Source: an uncultured Eubacteriales bacterium (GTDB lineage Bacteria; Bacillota; Clostridia; Christensenellales; UBA1242). Taken from it: a DNA stretch of 64,000 nt. The translations under genes and the position numbers were made by a program. Location: positions 834-64,833 of the forward strand of contig CAPERS010000005.1 in the NCBI GenBank assembly GCA_948607205.1, read 5' to 3'. This document shows positions 34,408 through 44,000 of this stretch, piece by piece (position 1 is the first letter of the stretch; each line of letters starts with the position of its first letter). The notes below the pieces were generated by a model. The model ran no database searches. It was not told the DNA's origin and was given only the letters and a program-made list of their open reading frames with translations.

Positions 34408-36042
34408 ATGGACTATAAAAAAATTGCTAATTTGCTTTATCCAGAAGTGACAACCACACCTGAGGAAATTTTTGCACGCTATCCAAAGAGAAACTTGAAA
34501 GAAAGTCAAGTTGTTTCTCGTTTTGCGCCAAGCCCAACAGGCTATATGCATATCGGCAACTTTTTTCAGATGTTTATAAGTTATAATCTCACGCGTGTAA
34601 GCGATGGCGTGTTTTTTCTGCGTGTTGAAGACACTGATTCCAAGCGCGAAAAAGAACAAGCAAAGGAAGTTGTGTTTGAAATTTTAAACAAATTTGGCAT
34701 CAAGTTTGACGAATATCAAACATTGGAGGGTAAAGATATTGGCGCTTATGGACCTTATGTTCAAAGCCAACGCACTGAAATATATAAGGTCTTTGCAAAA
34801 AAACTTGTTGCAGAGGGCAAGGCATTTCCATGTTTTTGCAAAAAGACAGAGGGCAAAGAGGACGTCCTCAAACTTCGCGAAAACAAATTTCAGGAGGATG
34901 ACGAAAAAGAATATGACCCATGCCGCGATTTAAGTTATGAAGAAGTTAAAGCACATATTGATAATGGTGAGCCTTTTGCAATCAGACTTAAAACCAAAAA
35001 CACTGGTAAAGAACGTGTGAAATTCTATGACCTCATCAAAGGCGAAATCGAAGCTAAAGCAAACGCTAAAGATTTTGTTATTTTGAAAAACGATGGCATT
35101 CCGCCATATGCTTTTGCGCATGCAATAGACGACACTCTCATGGGCACAACAATCGTGGTGCGTGGCGAAGACTATATTGGCTCAACTCCAATGCATATTG
35201 AACTCTTTGATGCTCTTGGCTTTAAGCCAACAACATATTGCCATAATCCGCTTATCTGCAAGATTGGCGACAACGGAAACAAACGCAAAATCTCAAAACG
35301 CTATGACCCAGAAGCTGATATGCGTTTCTATTTTGAAAAAGGTTATCTCACTCGCTCAGTGCTTGAATATCTTCTTAATATCATCAATTCAGGCTTTGAA
35401 ATGTGGCGGGCAAACAATCCTGAGAAAGATTGGTGCGAATTTAAATTTGGCATAAATGATATCACAGCCGTTTCGCCAATTTTTGACCTGGTCAAACTCA
35501 ATGACATTTCAAAAAACCTGATAAGCAGGTTAAGCGGAGAAGAACTCTATCAAAATTGGCTTGCTTGGGCAGAGGAATATAACAAATTTCTTGCTGAATA
35601 TTTGGTTGCAAACAAAAATTTTGCTGTTTCAATGCTTAAAATTGACAGAGAATGTGAAAAACCACGAAAAGATATTTTCAATATGAGCATGATTGAAGAA
35701 TATTTTTCTTATATGTTAAAAAAGCCTAACCTCGATGAAGTTTGCGAGCAAGACAGAGAAAAGTTCAATGAGTTTATGGAGGCATACGAGCAAGCATTTA
35801 TTTTTCCATCGTCAAATGAAGAATGGTTCAACCTTGTCAAAGAGGTTGCGGGACAACTTGGTTATGCGACTGATAATAAAGCATATAAGGCAAATCCAGA
35901 AGCGTATAAGGGCAATGTTGCCAAGGCATGCGAGTTTGTTCGCATTGCGATAACTGGTCGCAAAAACTCTCCAACTCTTTTTGAAATAATCAAAGTTTTG
36001 GGTGAAAAAGAAGTTAAAGAAAGAATAAAAGTCAAGGCGTAA
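34408..36042 (+). CDS. gltX: glutamate--tRNA ligase (class I)
   Basis: RFAPSPTGYMHIGN (HIGH) and KISKR (KMSKS); 544 aa. AGGAG RBS present. Confidence 0.85.
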   Translation: MDYKKIANLLYPEVTTTPEEIFARYPKRNLKESQVVSRFAPSPTGYMHIGNFFQMFISYNLTRVSDGVFFLRVEDTDSKREKEQAKEVVFEILNKFGIKFDEYQTLEGKDIGAYGPYVQSQRTEIYKVFAKKLVAEGKAFPCFCKKTEGKEDVLKLRENKFQEDDEKEYDPCRDLSYEEVKAHIDNGEPFAIRLKTKNTGKERVKFYDLIKGEIEAKANAKDFVILKNDGIPPYAFAHAIDDTLMGTTIVVRGEDYIGSTPMHIELFDALGFKPTTYCHNPLICKIGDNGNKRKISKRYDPEADMRFYFEKGYLTRSVLEYLLNIINSGFEMWRANNPEKDWCEFKFGINDITAVSPIFDLVKLNDISKNLISRLSGEELYQNWLAWAEEYNKFLAEYLVANKNFAVSMLKIDRECEKPRKDIFNMSMIEEYFSYMLKKPNLDEVCEQDREKFNEFMEAYEQAFIFPSSNEEWFNLVKEVAGQLGYATDNKAYKANPEAYKGNVAKACEFVRIAITGRKNSPTLFEIIKVLGEKEVKERIKVKA

Positions 36043-36056
36043 AACCTTGATTTTTT
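36032..36056 (+). terminator. intrinsic terminator overlapping the gltX stop
   Basis: TCAAGG-cgtaaaa-CCTTGA followed by TTTTTT. Confidence 0.7.
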
Positions 36057-36060
36057 CTGT

Positions 36061-36142
36061 TTAGGGACGCAAGAACAACACGAACGAAGTGAGGGTTTTC
36101 TTTAGGGACGCAAGAACAACACGAACGAAGTGAGGGTTTTCT
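36061..36142. repeat. perfect tandem duplication, 2 x 41 bp
   Basis: TTAGGGACGCAAGAACAACACGAACGAAGTGAGGGTTTTCT occurs at 36061-36101 and again at 36102-36142 with no mismatch. Confidence 0.9.
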
Positions 36143-36172
36143 TATAATTTGAGATTGTCTATTGACAACAAT

Positions 36173-36481
36173 CTATGTTGGAGTTATAATATTTTCAGAA
36201 CACACTTGATAAGTTTTGATAAAGGTTACGCCTTCTCGCTCTAGCATAGTCTTTTGCATATCCCTGCCTCCAAAGGCAAATGAAGGTGAAAGACTGCCGT
36301 CAGAAAAGACAACTCGGTGACATGGAACTATGTTTTTATATGGATTTTGGTGTAAAGCGCGTCCAACGCGTCTTGCGAGATGACGGTTTCCGAGTGCGGT
36401 TGCAATTTTTCCATAAGTTGTAACTTTTCCTTTAGGCACACCAATGACAATTTTATAAACCTGTTCGTCGAATTCATTCAT
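36173..36481 (-). CDS. MGMT-family methylated-DNA--protein-cysteine methyltransferase domain protein
   Basis: 102 aa with the active-site motif IVPCHRVV. It is a stand-alone C-terminal (DNA-binding/acceptor) domain. Confidence 0.85.
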   Translation of the reverse strand: MNEFDEQVYKIVIGVPKGKVTTYGKIATALGNRHLARRVGRALHQNPYKNIVPCHRVVFSDGSLSPSFAFGGRDMQKTMLEREGVTFIKTYQVCSENIITPT

Positions 36482-36612
36482 ATATTCATCATAAAGAAAA
36501 ATAGGCTAATTGTCAAATAAAAAATTAAAAATAAAATTTAACTCAAAAAGAGTTTTGTTTAAAGCATTAAATAGGTGTTATCAAATAATGGTGACTTTGC
36601 ATATAAAATTAT

Positions 36613-36810
36613 ATGGAAAAGTGCATTTTTGATTTCAGTGCCAAAGAACTGGTGGCTTTGGCGGGCAGTCTGGCAATAGCGATGAGCGAAAAGTTTGATG
36701 ATGAAACAATTTGTTCCATCAAACTTTTTTTATCCACTTTGCAGTCCAACCTCAATCTGATTGAGTTTCATGATAAAGGTTGCAGAAAAAGAAGGGGAAT
36801 AATAAAATGA
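36613..36810 (+). CDS. small hypothetical protein translationally coupled to the sigma-like gene
   Basis: 65 aa. Its stop overlaps the sigma-gene ATG (ATGA at 36807-36810). The SD is weak. Contains an ELVALAGSLAIAMSEKF helix. Confidence 0.4.
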   Translation: MEKCIFDFSAKELVALAGSLAIAMSEKFDDETICSIKLFLSTLQSNLNLIEFHDKGCRKRRGIIK

Positions 36811-38021
36811 ATTCAAAACCTAAATTAAACAGTGAAGAAAATTCAAAACTCATCGTTGCCGCACGAGAACAATTTAAAGCCAGCAATGGTAAAGACCAAA
36901 CATTAATGCAAGAGGCCATCCAAAGAAACTGGGGCCTTGTTATTTTTATAAGCAAAAAGTTTCAGCCAACTTTGAAAAGTTTAAACATACCAGAGGATGA
37001 CGTGGCTTCTGAAATGCTAGATAAACTTTATAAATGTATATTGACATATGACGAAACAAGAGTCAAATTTTCAACATTTGCAGGAATATGTCTTGAAAAT
37101 ACTGTAAAAATGGTTATCAGAAAAGAAAAAAATCGAAAACAAGTTGAAAGTTTAGAAAAACTCAAGTTCACAAGAAACGATGATGAAATGAGTTTAATTG
37201 AAGTGCTTGAAAATAAACAAGTCAGACCTATTGAAGAAAACGCTTTATCTTCATTAAACAGCAAAAGAATTGTTGAATGTTTGCCCATTATATTCAGTAA
37301 AAGTGACTATAAATTGATTCAAATGCGTGGGAATAACCTTAGACAATTGGAAATTGGTAAAAAATTGGGTATTAGCCGTTCTTATGTGTCACGAAAGCTT
37401 GTAAGGATAAACAATCTTTTAAATAAAATTATGCTTTTTGAAGATGTTCGTGATATTGATGCTTTTAACAAAGACAAAAATTTTTCGGAAGGTCAAATTA
37501 AAGAAAATAAAGCGCTATATAATATTGCAAGACATATATATTCAGATAGGCAAATTGATTTTGATATGTGCTTTTCATATATAAGTTATGATTATCGCCA
37601 ACTTGGAATGAATAAAAAAGCTGAGAAACTGTTTGGAGAGAAAGCTCAATATGTTTTAAAACTTTTGGCAAAATTCGAAGATGTCAATTTTAAATATATT
37701 GAAAATAAAGAAAATCAAGGAATTATTCATGTTCCACATGAAGAGGAGAATATTAATAAAAAATTGACAAGATTTACACAAATTTTAAATTTATATAAAA
37801 CACATAAAATAAAAGATTTCAAAGGTTGCTCTCTTCGTGATTTAATAATTATGTCGCAATTTAATAAAACTCTAAAAAAGCCTATAGAAGATTATATTCA
37901 AAAAAACAAAAATGAAACTTCTGTTAAGCATGTGTTAGCAGTAATAAAACATGCTGAAAGAGAAATTGAAAAAGAGAGTTTGGCTCCAAACAGTTCTGTC
38001 GATAATATAATTAATTTATAA
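36807..38021 (+). CDS. sigma-70 family (sporulation-type) sigma factor with a C-terminal extension of about 190 aa
   Basis: Region 2-like: NWGLVIFISKKF...DDVASEMLDKLYKCILTYDETRVKFSTFAGICLENTVKMVIRKEK. Region 4.2-like: QLEIGKKLGISRSYVSRKLVRINNLL. The last ~190 aa are unrecognised. The gene is AT-rich. Confidence 0.65.
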   Translation: MNSKPKLNSEENSKLIVAAREQFKASNGKDQTLMQEAIQRNWGLVIFISKKFQPTLKSLNIPEDDVASEMLDKLYKCILTYDETRVKFSTFAGICLENTVKMVIRKEKNRKQVESLEKLKFTRNDDEMSLIEVLENKQVRPIEENALSSLNSKRIVECLPIIFSKSDYKLIQMRGNNLRQLEIGKKLGISRSYVSRKLVRINNLLNKIMLFEDVRDIDAFNKDKNFSEGQIKENKALYNIARHIYSDRQIDFDMCFSYISYDYRQLGMNKKAEKLFGEKAQYVLKLLAKFEDVNFKYIENKENQGIIHVPHEEENINKKLTRFTQILNLYKTHKIKDFKGCSLRDLIIMSQFNKTLKKPIEDYIQKNKNETSVKHVLAVIKHAEREIEKESLAPNSSVDNIINL

Positions 38022-38046
38022 AATATCACATTAAAAAAGTAAAATT

Positions 38047-38082
38047 CATCAAAAAACAGGCAAATTTGCCTGTTTTTTGATG
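38047..38082. terminator. bidirectional terminator (perfect 18-bp-arm palindrome)
   Basis: CATCAAAAAACAGGCAAA/TTTGCCTGTTTTTTGATG, between the convergent stops at 38021 and 38104. Confidence 0.8.
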
Positions 38083-38103
38083 AAAAACTGAAAATTATTT
38101 GTT

Positions 38104-39597
38104 TTAGAACAGCGGTTTTGTCATGGTTTTTGGGATTTCGATATCAAGCATTTTTAATATTGTTGGCGCGATATTTGCAATTGAGCCATTCTTTAAAAGT
38201 TTAACTTTTCGTTTCTCGCTGACAAAAATGCATGGAACGGGATTTGTTGTATGTGTTGTTATTTTGTTGCCTTTTTCGTCAAACATAAGTTCGGCATTTC
38301 CATGGTCAGCAGTGATAATGCATTCTCCACCTGCCATAAGTGTTGCAAGCGCAAGAGCATAGGCCTGCTTTTCAACACAAGCGATGGCTTCTTTGGTTGC
38401 ATTGAAATTTCCGGTGTGGCCAATCATGTCTGGGTTTGAATAATTCACTAAAATAAAATCATATTTTGCTGATGCTATTGCGTCCAAAGTTTTTTCTGTT
38501 ATTTCAATTGCGCGCATTTTTGGATAATCTGAAAAGTCTTGAACGTCAATGCTGTCAATCAAAACCCTTTCTTCATTCTTGTATGGCTTTTCAATGCCTC
38601 CATTAAAGAAGAATGTGACGTGCGCGTATTTTGTGGTTTCAGCAATATGAAATTGTTTTAGGTTGTTTTGTGAAATTATCGCCGAAAGATTATCTTCAAT
38701 CTCTTCTGGCGGATAAAGTGTGTTGAGTGAGGTGAAATCGACAGAATATTCCTTCATTGGCGAGAAAAGAAGATTGTTGAATTGCTTTGTTTTAAACTCT
38801 TTAAATTGCTTATCGGTGATTGCTCTTGTCATTTCAATTGCTCTGTCAGAGCGATAGTTGAAAAAGATAACACTGTCGCCGTCCTTTATCACGCCTTCTT
38901 TTTCAATTAATGCAGGTTCAATAAACTCGTCATAAACTCCATTTTCATAACTTTTCAAAATATATTCTTTTGCAGTTAAATTTTGCAAATTTTCACCAAA
39001 AACAAAGGTTTTGTATGCTTTTTCAACTCTTTCAAAGCGCTTTTCTCTGTCCATTGCAAAAACTCGACCTGAAACTGATGCAATTTTCGCATTGGTATTT
39101 TCAATTTTCGCATTGAGTTTTTCTATAAATTTGATGCCGTCTTTGATTCCAGTATCTCTGCCATCCATAAAAGCATGAATGAAAATGTTTTTTATTTGAT
39201 AATCTTTTGCATAATCTAAAATTGCAAACAGGTGACTTATATTGGAGTGAATTCCGCCGTCAGAAAGCAAGCCCATTATATGAAGATTTTTTCCTTCTGC
39301 ATGCTTTAACGCTTTTATAAGTGCAGGATTCTTCCCAAATTGACCTGTTTTAACGTCATCGTCAATTTTCATTAAGTCTTGAAGAATGACTCTTCCGCCT
39401 CCAAGCGTCAAATGCCCAACTTCTGAATTTCCCATTTGACCTTCTGGCAGCCCAACTCTTGATCCGCTCGCTTCAAGAGTTGTGTGTGGATATTTTTTTA
39501 ATAACTTGTCAAGGTTTGGTGTTCCTGCAGAATATATAGCATTACCATTTTTTTCTTTTCTAAGTCCGAATCCGTCTAAAATTATAAGTGTAACCAT
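38104..39597 (-). CDS. gpmI: 2,3-bisphosphoglycerate-independent phosphoglycerate mutase
   Basis: 497 aa. N-terminal LIILDGFG and catalytic-Ser motif GNSEVGHLTLGGGR. GGAG RBS present. Confidence 0.95.
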   Translation of the reverse strand: MVTLIILDGFGLRKEKNGNAIYSAGTPNLDKLLKKYPHTTLEASGSRVGLPEGQMGNSEVGHLTLGGGRVILQDLMKIDDDVKTGQFGKNPALIKALKHAEGKNLHIMGLLSDGGIHSNISHLFAILDYAKDYQIKNIFIHAFMDGRDTGIKDGIKFIEKLNAKIENTNAKIASVSGRVFAMDREKRFERVEKAYKTFVFGENLQNLTAKEYILKSYENGVYDEFIEPALIEKEGVIKDGDSVIFFNYRSDRAIEMTRAITDKQFKEFKTKQFNNLLFSPMKEYSVDFTSLNTLYPPEEIEDNLSAIISQNNLKQFHIAETTKYAHVTFFFNGGIEKPYKNEERVLIDSIDVQDFSDYPKMRAIEITEKTLDAIASAKYDFILVNYSNPDMIGHTGNFNATKEAIACVEKQAYALALATLMAGGECIITADHGNAELMFDEKGNKITTHTTNPVPCIFVSEKRKVKLLKNGSIANIAPTILKMLDIEIPKTMTKPLF

Positions 39598-39748
39598 TTT
39601 TTACTCTCCTTTTTTAAGATATTTAAAACATCTTATTGACTTTATTTTTTTTATTAAAACCTTTAAAAAAATATATTTTTTTCAATATTTTAAGCAATTT
39701 TAACTGATAATTTATTCATTTTTGAAATGTTTTCTAAAAATTATTTTA

Positions 39749-40474
39749 TCATTCCTTATCGAGCAGGTTGTATCTTTCAGTGTGAATAAGCGCGTTGAAA
39801 AGTTTATCTTTTGCGCCAGGATATTTTTGTTCAAGATTTGTCAAAAAGTTTTTCGCATTTTCTCGTTCGGTATGTTTGTCAGCAGGGCAAATGTTTTTGA
39901 CAATTGGATAATCTTTTGAAACCCTTTCAATATCTTTTTCTTCACAGAATATGAGAGGGCGAATGGAATGAAGGTCAATTCTTGAAAGATAACTTTTTGG
40001 CTTGAATGACGAAAGTCTGCCTTCGAAAAACAAACTCATCACAAAAGTTTCAATAAAGTCATCTTTGTGATGACCAAGCGCAACTTTGTTGCAACCAAGT
40101 GATTTGGCTTTGCTGTTTAAAAGTCCTCTTCTCATGTTTGCGCAAAGCGAACAAGGATTTTTTTCTTTTTTTATTTCAAAAACAACTTCAAAAACATTGG
40201 ATTGTTCAATATAAAATTCAACTTCGAGTTTCTCGCAAAAGTCAGACAACTTTGAATAATCGGTCTTTCCGTTCGTTAGGTCAACGCTCACAGCGACAAG
40301 TTCAAACTTTTTTGGACAAAATCTTTGATAGGCTTTGAGCGCGCTCAATAGTGTCAAACTGTCTTTTCCTCCAGACAGCCCAACGCAAATTTTATCGCCT
40401 TCTTCTATCAAGTTATACTTTTCGCAAGCCTTTCTTAAAACACTTAAAACTTTTTGCATAATTTTCCTTTTCAT
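39749..40474 (-). CDS. ttcA: tRNA 2-thiocytidine synthase-like PP-loop ATPase (TtcA family)
   Basis: PP-loop GLSGGKDS, with Cys motifs CSLCANMRRG and ICPADKH; 241 aa. Confidence 0.8.
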   Translation of the reverse strand: MKRKIMQKVLSVLRKACEKYNLIEEGDKICVGLSGGKDSLTLLSALKAYQRFCPKKFELVAVSVDLTNGKTDYSKLSDFCEKLEVEFYIEQSNVFEVVFEIKKEKNPCSLCANMRRGLLNSKAKSLGCNKVALGHHKDDFIETFVMSLFFEGRLSSFKPKSYLSRIDLHSIRPLIFCEEKDIERVSKDYPIVKNICPADKHTERENAKNFLTNLEQKYPGAKDKLFNALIHTERYNLLDKE

Positions 40475-40910
40475 TGAAATTATATCAAAAAGTTAAAATA
40501 AATGCAATTTTTTATTAAAAATATATTAAAAAACATTAAATTATTTTTTTTATTTTATTTTTTAATTGTTTTTTAAATATTGAAAAAAAATAAAATTAAT
40601 TTATTTATCAAAATAATTAATTTAAAATAAAATCAAAATAAAATCAAATTTTAACAAAATTAATTTAAAAATAAATTATAATTAAAATTTTGCTTAAAAT
40701 ACATTAATTTTTATTGTTTTTTGCAAAAATTAATAAAAAAGTGATAAAAAAACAGTAAAACGCGTTTAATTTTTAAATAAATTAACAAATATTTTTAAAT
40801 TATTTTTTAATTAATAAAATATTAAAAATTTAATAAAAATTAAAACTCAAAATAAATGTAAAAAAATAATTAATTAAATATTAAAATATATATATTTTAT
40901 CTCAATTAAT

Positions 40911-40939
40911 TTGACAATTTTTGCTAGGATTTGTATACT
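40911..40939 (+). promoter_or_regulatory. promoter TTGACA-N17-TATACT for the giant gene
   Basis: TTGACA at 40911-40916, a 17-nt spacer, and TATACT at 40934-40939, about 88 nt before ATG 41027. Confidence 0.6.
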
Positions 40940-41026
40940 TTTTATAAGGTTCGAATCTTTTATAATAAATTCGACATTTTATGTTTAATATCGTGCAAAA
41001 TGAGAGATATTAAACAAGGAGGAAAA

Positions 41027-44000
41027 ATGAAAAAGTTTTTTGTTGGACTTTTGAGCATATTCATGATATGCGGTGGAATTATTCTTGCCTCTTGTGGCGA
41101 GAGCAAAGTTTCATTGTCTATCGACCAGACTTACAAAGAAATCGTTGTGCTTGATGAAGATAACATTGAGCCTGTTTTTGTCACATGTGTGGTTAACGGC
41201 GTTGACAACGGCAAAGTCAGTGTTTCGTCAAGTCAGAACAGTATTGTTTCTGCAAGCGTTGAATATAATTCTTCCTCAAATCAAAACATCATCAGTTTGA
41301 TTGCTGGAGATATGGAAGGCACAGCAACAGTCACTGTCACAACTCTTGACCAAACTGTTAAAGAAACGATAACTGTTTTTGTTCATGGCGAAGTTACAGG
41401 CATGAGTGAAAAAGTTTACACAAACGGTCAAAGTCAACTTTATGCAATTCGTGGAGGACAGCGCACACTTAATGCAAATGAACTTATTGATTTTGAAACC
41501 ACTCTTAACACTTCAAGAAAAGATATTTCTTGGAAGTTGAAAGAAGAAGACCAATACATAACTCTTGATGGCAATGTTCTTTCAATCGACGAAAATTATA
41601 AAGCAGGAGTGAGTGAGCCAAAGTTGACTCTCACTGCCACTTCAATTTTCAATCCTGACATCAGCGAAGATATAACTTTAACAATTCTTGACAAGATTGA
41701 CACAAGTTCGGTTAATCTTGCTTTTGCATTTAATAGAACAATGGACTACACCAACATTTTCTCGCAAAATGAAAACGGTGATATTGTCAAAGAAAAAATT
41801 CTCTTGACTTCAAACAGAGAAGCCGACCCTGACAACAAAACGGCATACATTCGCATAATTTTTGCTGATTGTGAAAAATATTCAATTGAGCCGGTCATTT
41901 CATATAAAAACACAAATGCTGACGTTGGTCAAATTTCTATTCTTAGTGACTCAAATCAAGAAAGTGGTGTGCGTTATTTCATAGCAGAAGGCAAAGACAA
42001 TGCAAATATAACAGCAAACGCGTCTTTCAAAATTGGTCATAAAGAATTTGCTTATTCAGTGTCAACCGACTTCTTTGAAATTGGCTCTTATGAAAAAATA
42101 GACAAAATCAAAATTTTTGACGAAAATGGATTTGAAATTAAAGCAACTCAAAGCATTTATAATTCATATTCACTCGATAAATCTCTCGGTCAAGAATTTG
42201 AAGTTGCGCTTTTGCCAACGACTGTGCAAGGTTACACTGGTCAATACAACCTTGAACTTCAAGTTAACGACCTCTCTTATGTCGGAAAGCCTGCGCCAAT
42301 TGAAATGCACTATATCGACGAAGACGGCTATGCCAGAGTTCTCAATTTCGGACATGGTGAGAATAAGTCAGACGTGACAAATATCAAAGTTATTTTCAAA
42401 TCAATCAGCATTTCGTCAAAGCAAGTTTACATTCGTGCTGTAAATGATATTCCAGAATCACTTTTGTCAACTTTGACTTTCAATTCAGAAGACAACAAAA
42501 AAGTTAAAACCTCAGTTGAACTTAACCTTCAAAGAGCGCCAACATCACTTGTTTTTGAAGATAAAAATCAAAAGAATATCTATTTTTCAAGCGCTTATGG
42601 TGCAGAGAAAACTCTCTCAAAAGAATTCAAAGTTTTTGGACAAACTTCATTGACTGGTCTGTCAGTTGTATACAGCAATGCTTTTGTGGACAGCCCTGTG
42701 CTTGTTCAAACAGGAAGCAGTTTAGACGAAGGCGTTAACTATAAAGGTGAGCCTTATGTTCAGTTCAGAGTTTCTTTTGACCTGCTTTCAAGCGGTCTTG
42801 GTCAAACTCGCAATGGCGAATATAGAATCGTTCACACAAACGGCATTTCAAGTGATGCATTTGACCTTAATGTTCTTCTTCCTTTGACAGACGCCTATCT
42901 CAAAATTGATAACCTGACTTCATATAACGCAGTCGTAGGTCACAGAAACGAAGGCAATCTCTTTGACGCAAACGGAACAGCTCTTCCAAACAAATCAAAT
43001 TCATTGAGTTTTATAATGCTCAAAAATGGAGCAACTTTGCCATTTGCTCTTCAAACAAACTCTGTAAATCTTGGCAATGGCAGTGTTTCAAGCGTGCTTG
43101 AAAGTGCAGAGTTTCGTTTCGTTGATGAAGAAAAAGAAAACGAACTTTCGCAAGAAGATTATCAAAATCTTATCGCTAACTTTGAAAATGCGTCAAGAGA
43201 AAGCAATGTCGTATCAATAAATTCACTTGGAAACACACTCTCTTCTCATGCAACTGGAACGACTTATATCCTTATCAAATTCAAAGGCAAGTCAATCGGT
43301 GAAGACGGAATCGAAGATGTGACTTTCTATCGTGTCGTCAAAGTTGAAAGTTTTGTTGCCCCAGCAACTCTCAAACCAAACGTTTCCAGCGTTGAGGTTT
43401 ATGCTGAAAACTCAGTTAGTGAAGATGACCAATCAACTGAAAAAACTGTGATAATAAACTTTGCTCAAAATGGAGTGACTTACAAAGAGCCAACAAACTT
43501 TATTTTTGAATATGACCCAAATGCGAAAGATGATGAAAATAAGAATTTACATTTCACAAATAATGGTGCTTCAATAAATTTTGGCAATTTCAGCATTGAT
43601 AACATCACAATATTTGATTCATACATGAGTTTTGTTGTGCGCGGCATAAGCACAAATGGTCAAACTGCATTCAACAAAAACTTGTCAATCGCTTATGTCT
43701 ATAAAGATGAAAACAAAAACGCATATATCGCACTTGAAAACAGCATTGACATAACTGTCAAAAACGCTGACAGAATTGAACGTGTGACTTGGGAAAGTTT
43801 TAACGAGGACGGAATTTATTTCGACCTTAGCGACAATGGCGACAATTCACAAATCATCGTGACCTCAGTTTCACCAACAAATGCAAGAAACAAAGACCTT
43901 AAATTTATCGCAGTCAATGAATCAGGAAACATCGACAACAGTTTTGTCAAGTTTTCACAAGTGGACTCTGGAAGTGATGTTGTCACTTTGAACGCTCAAA

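Noticed and set aside
40931-41026. N-terminal 32-codon extension of the giant ORF (track start 40931)
   Set aside because: The start would lie inside the predicted -10/-35 promoter and has no RBS. ATG 41027 has AGGAGG 5 nt upstream and begins a textbook lipoprotein signal peptide.
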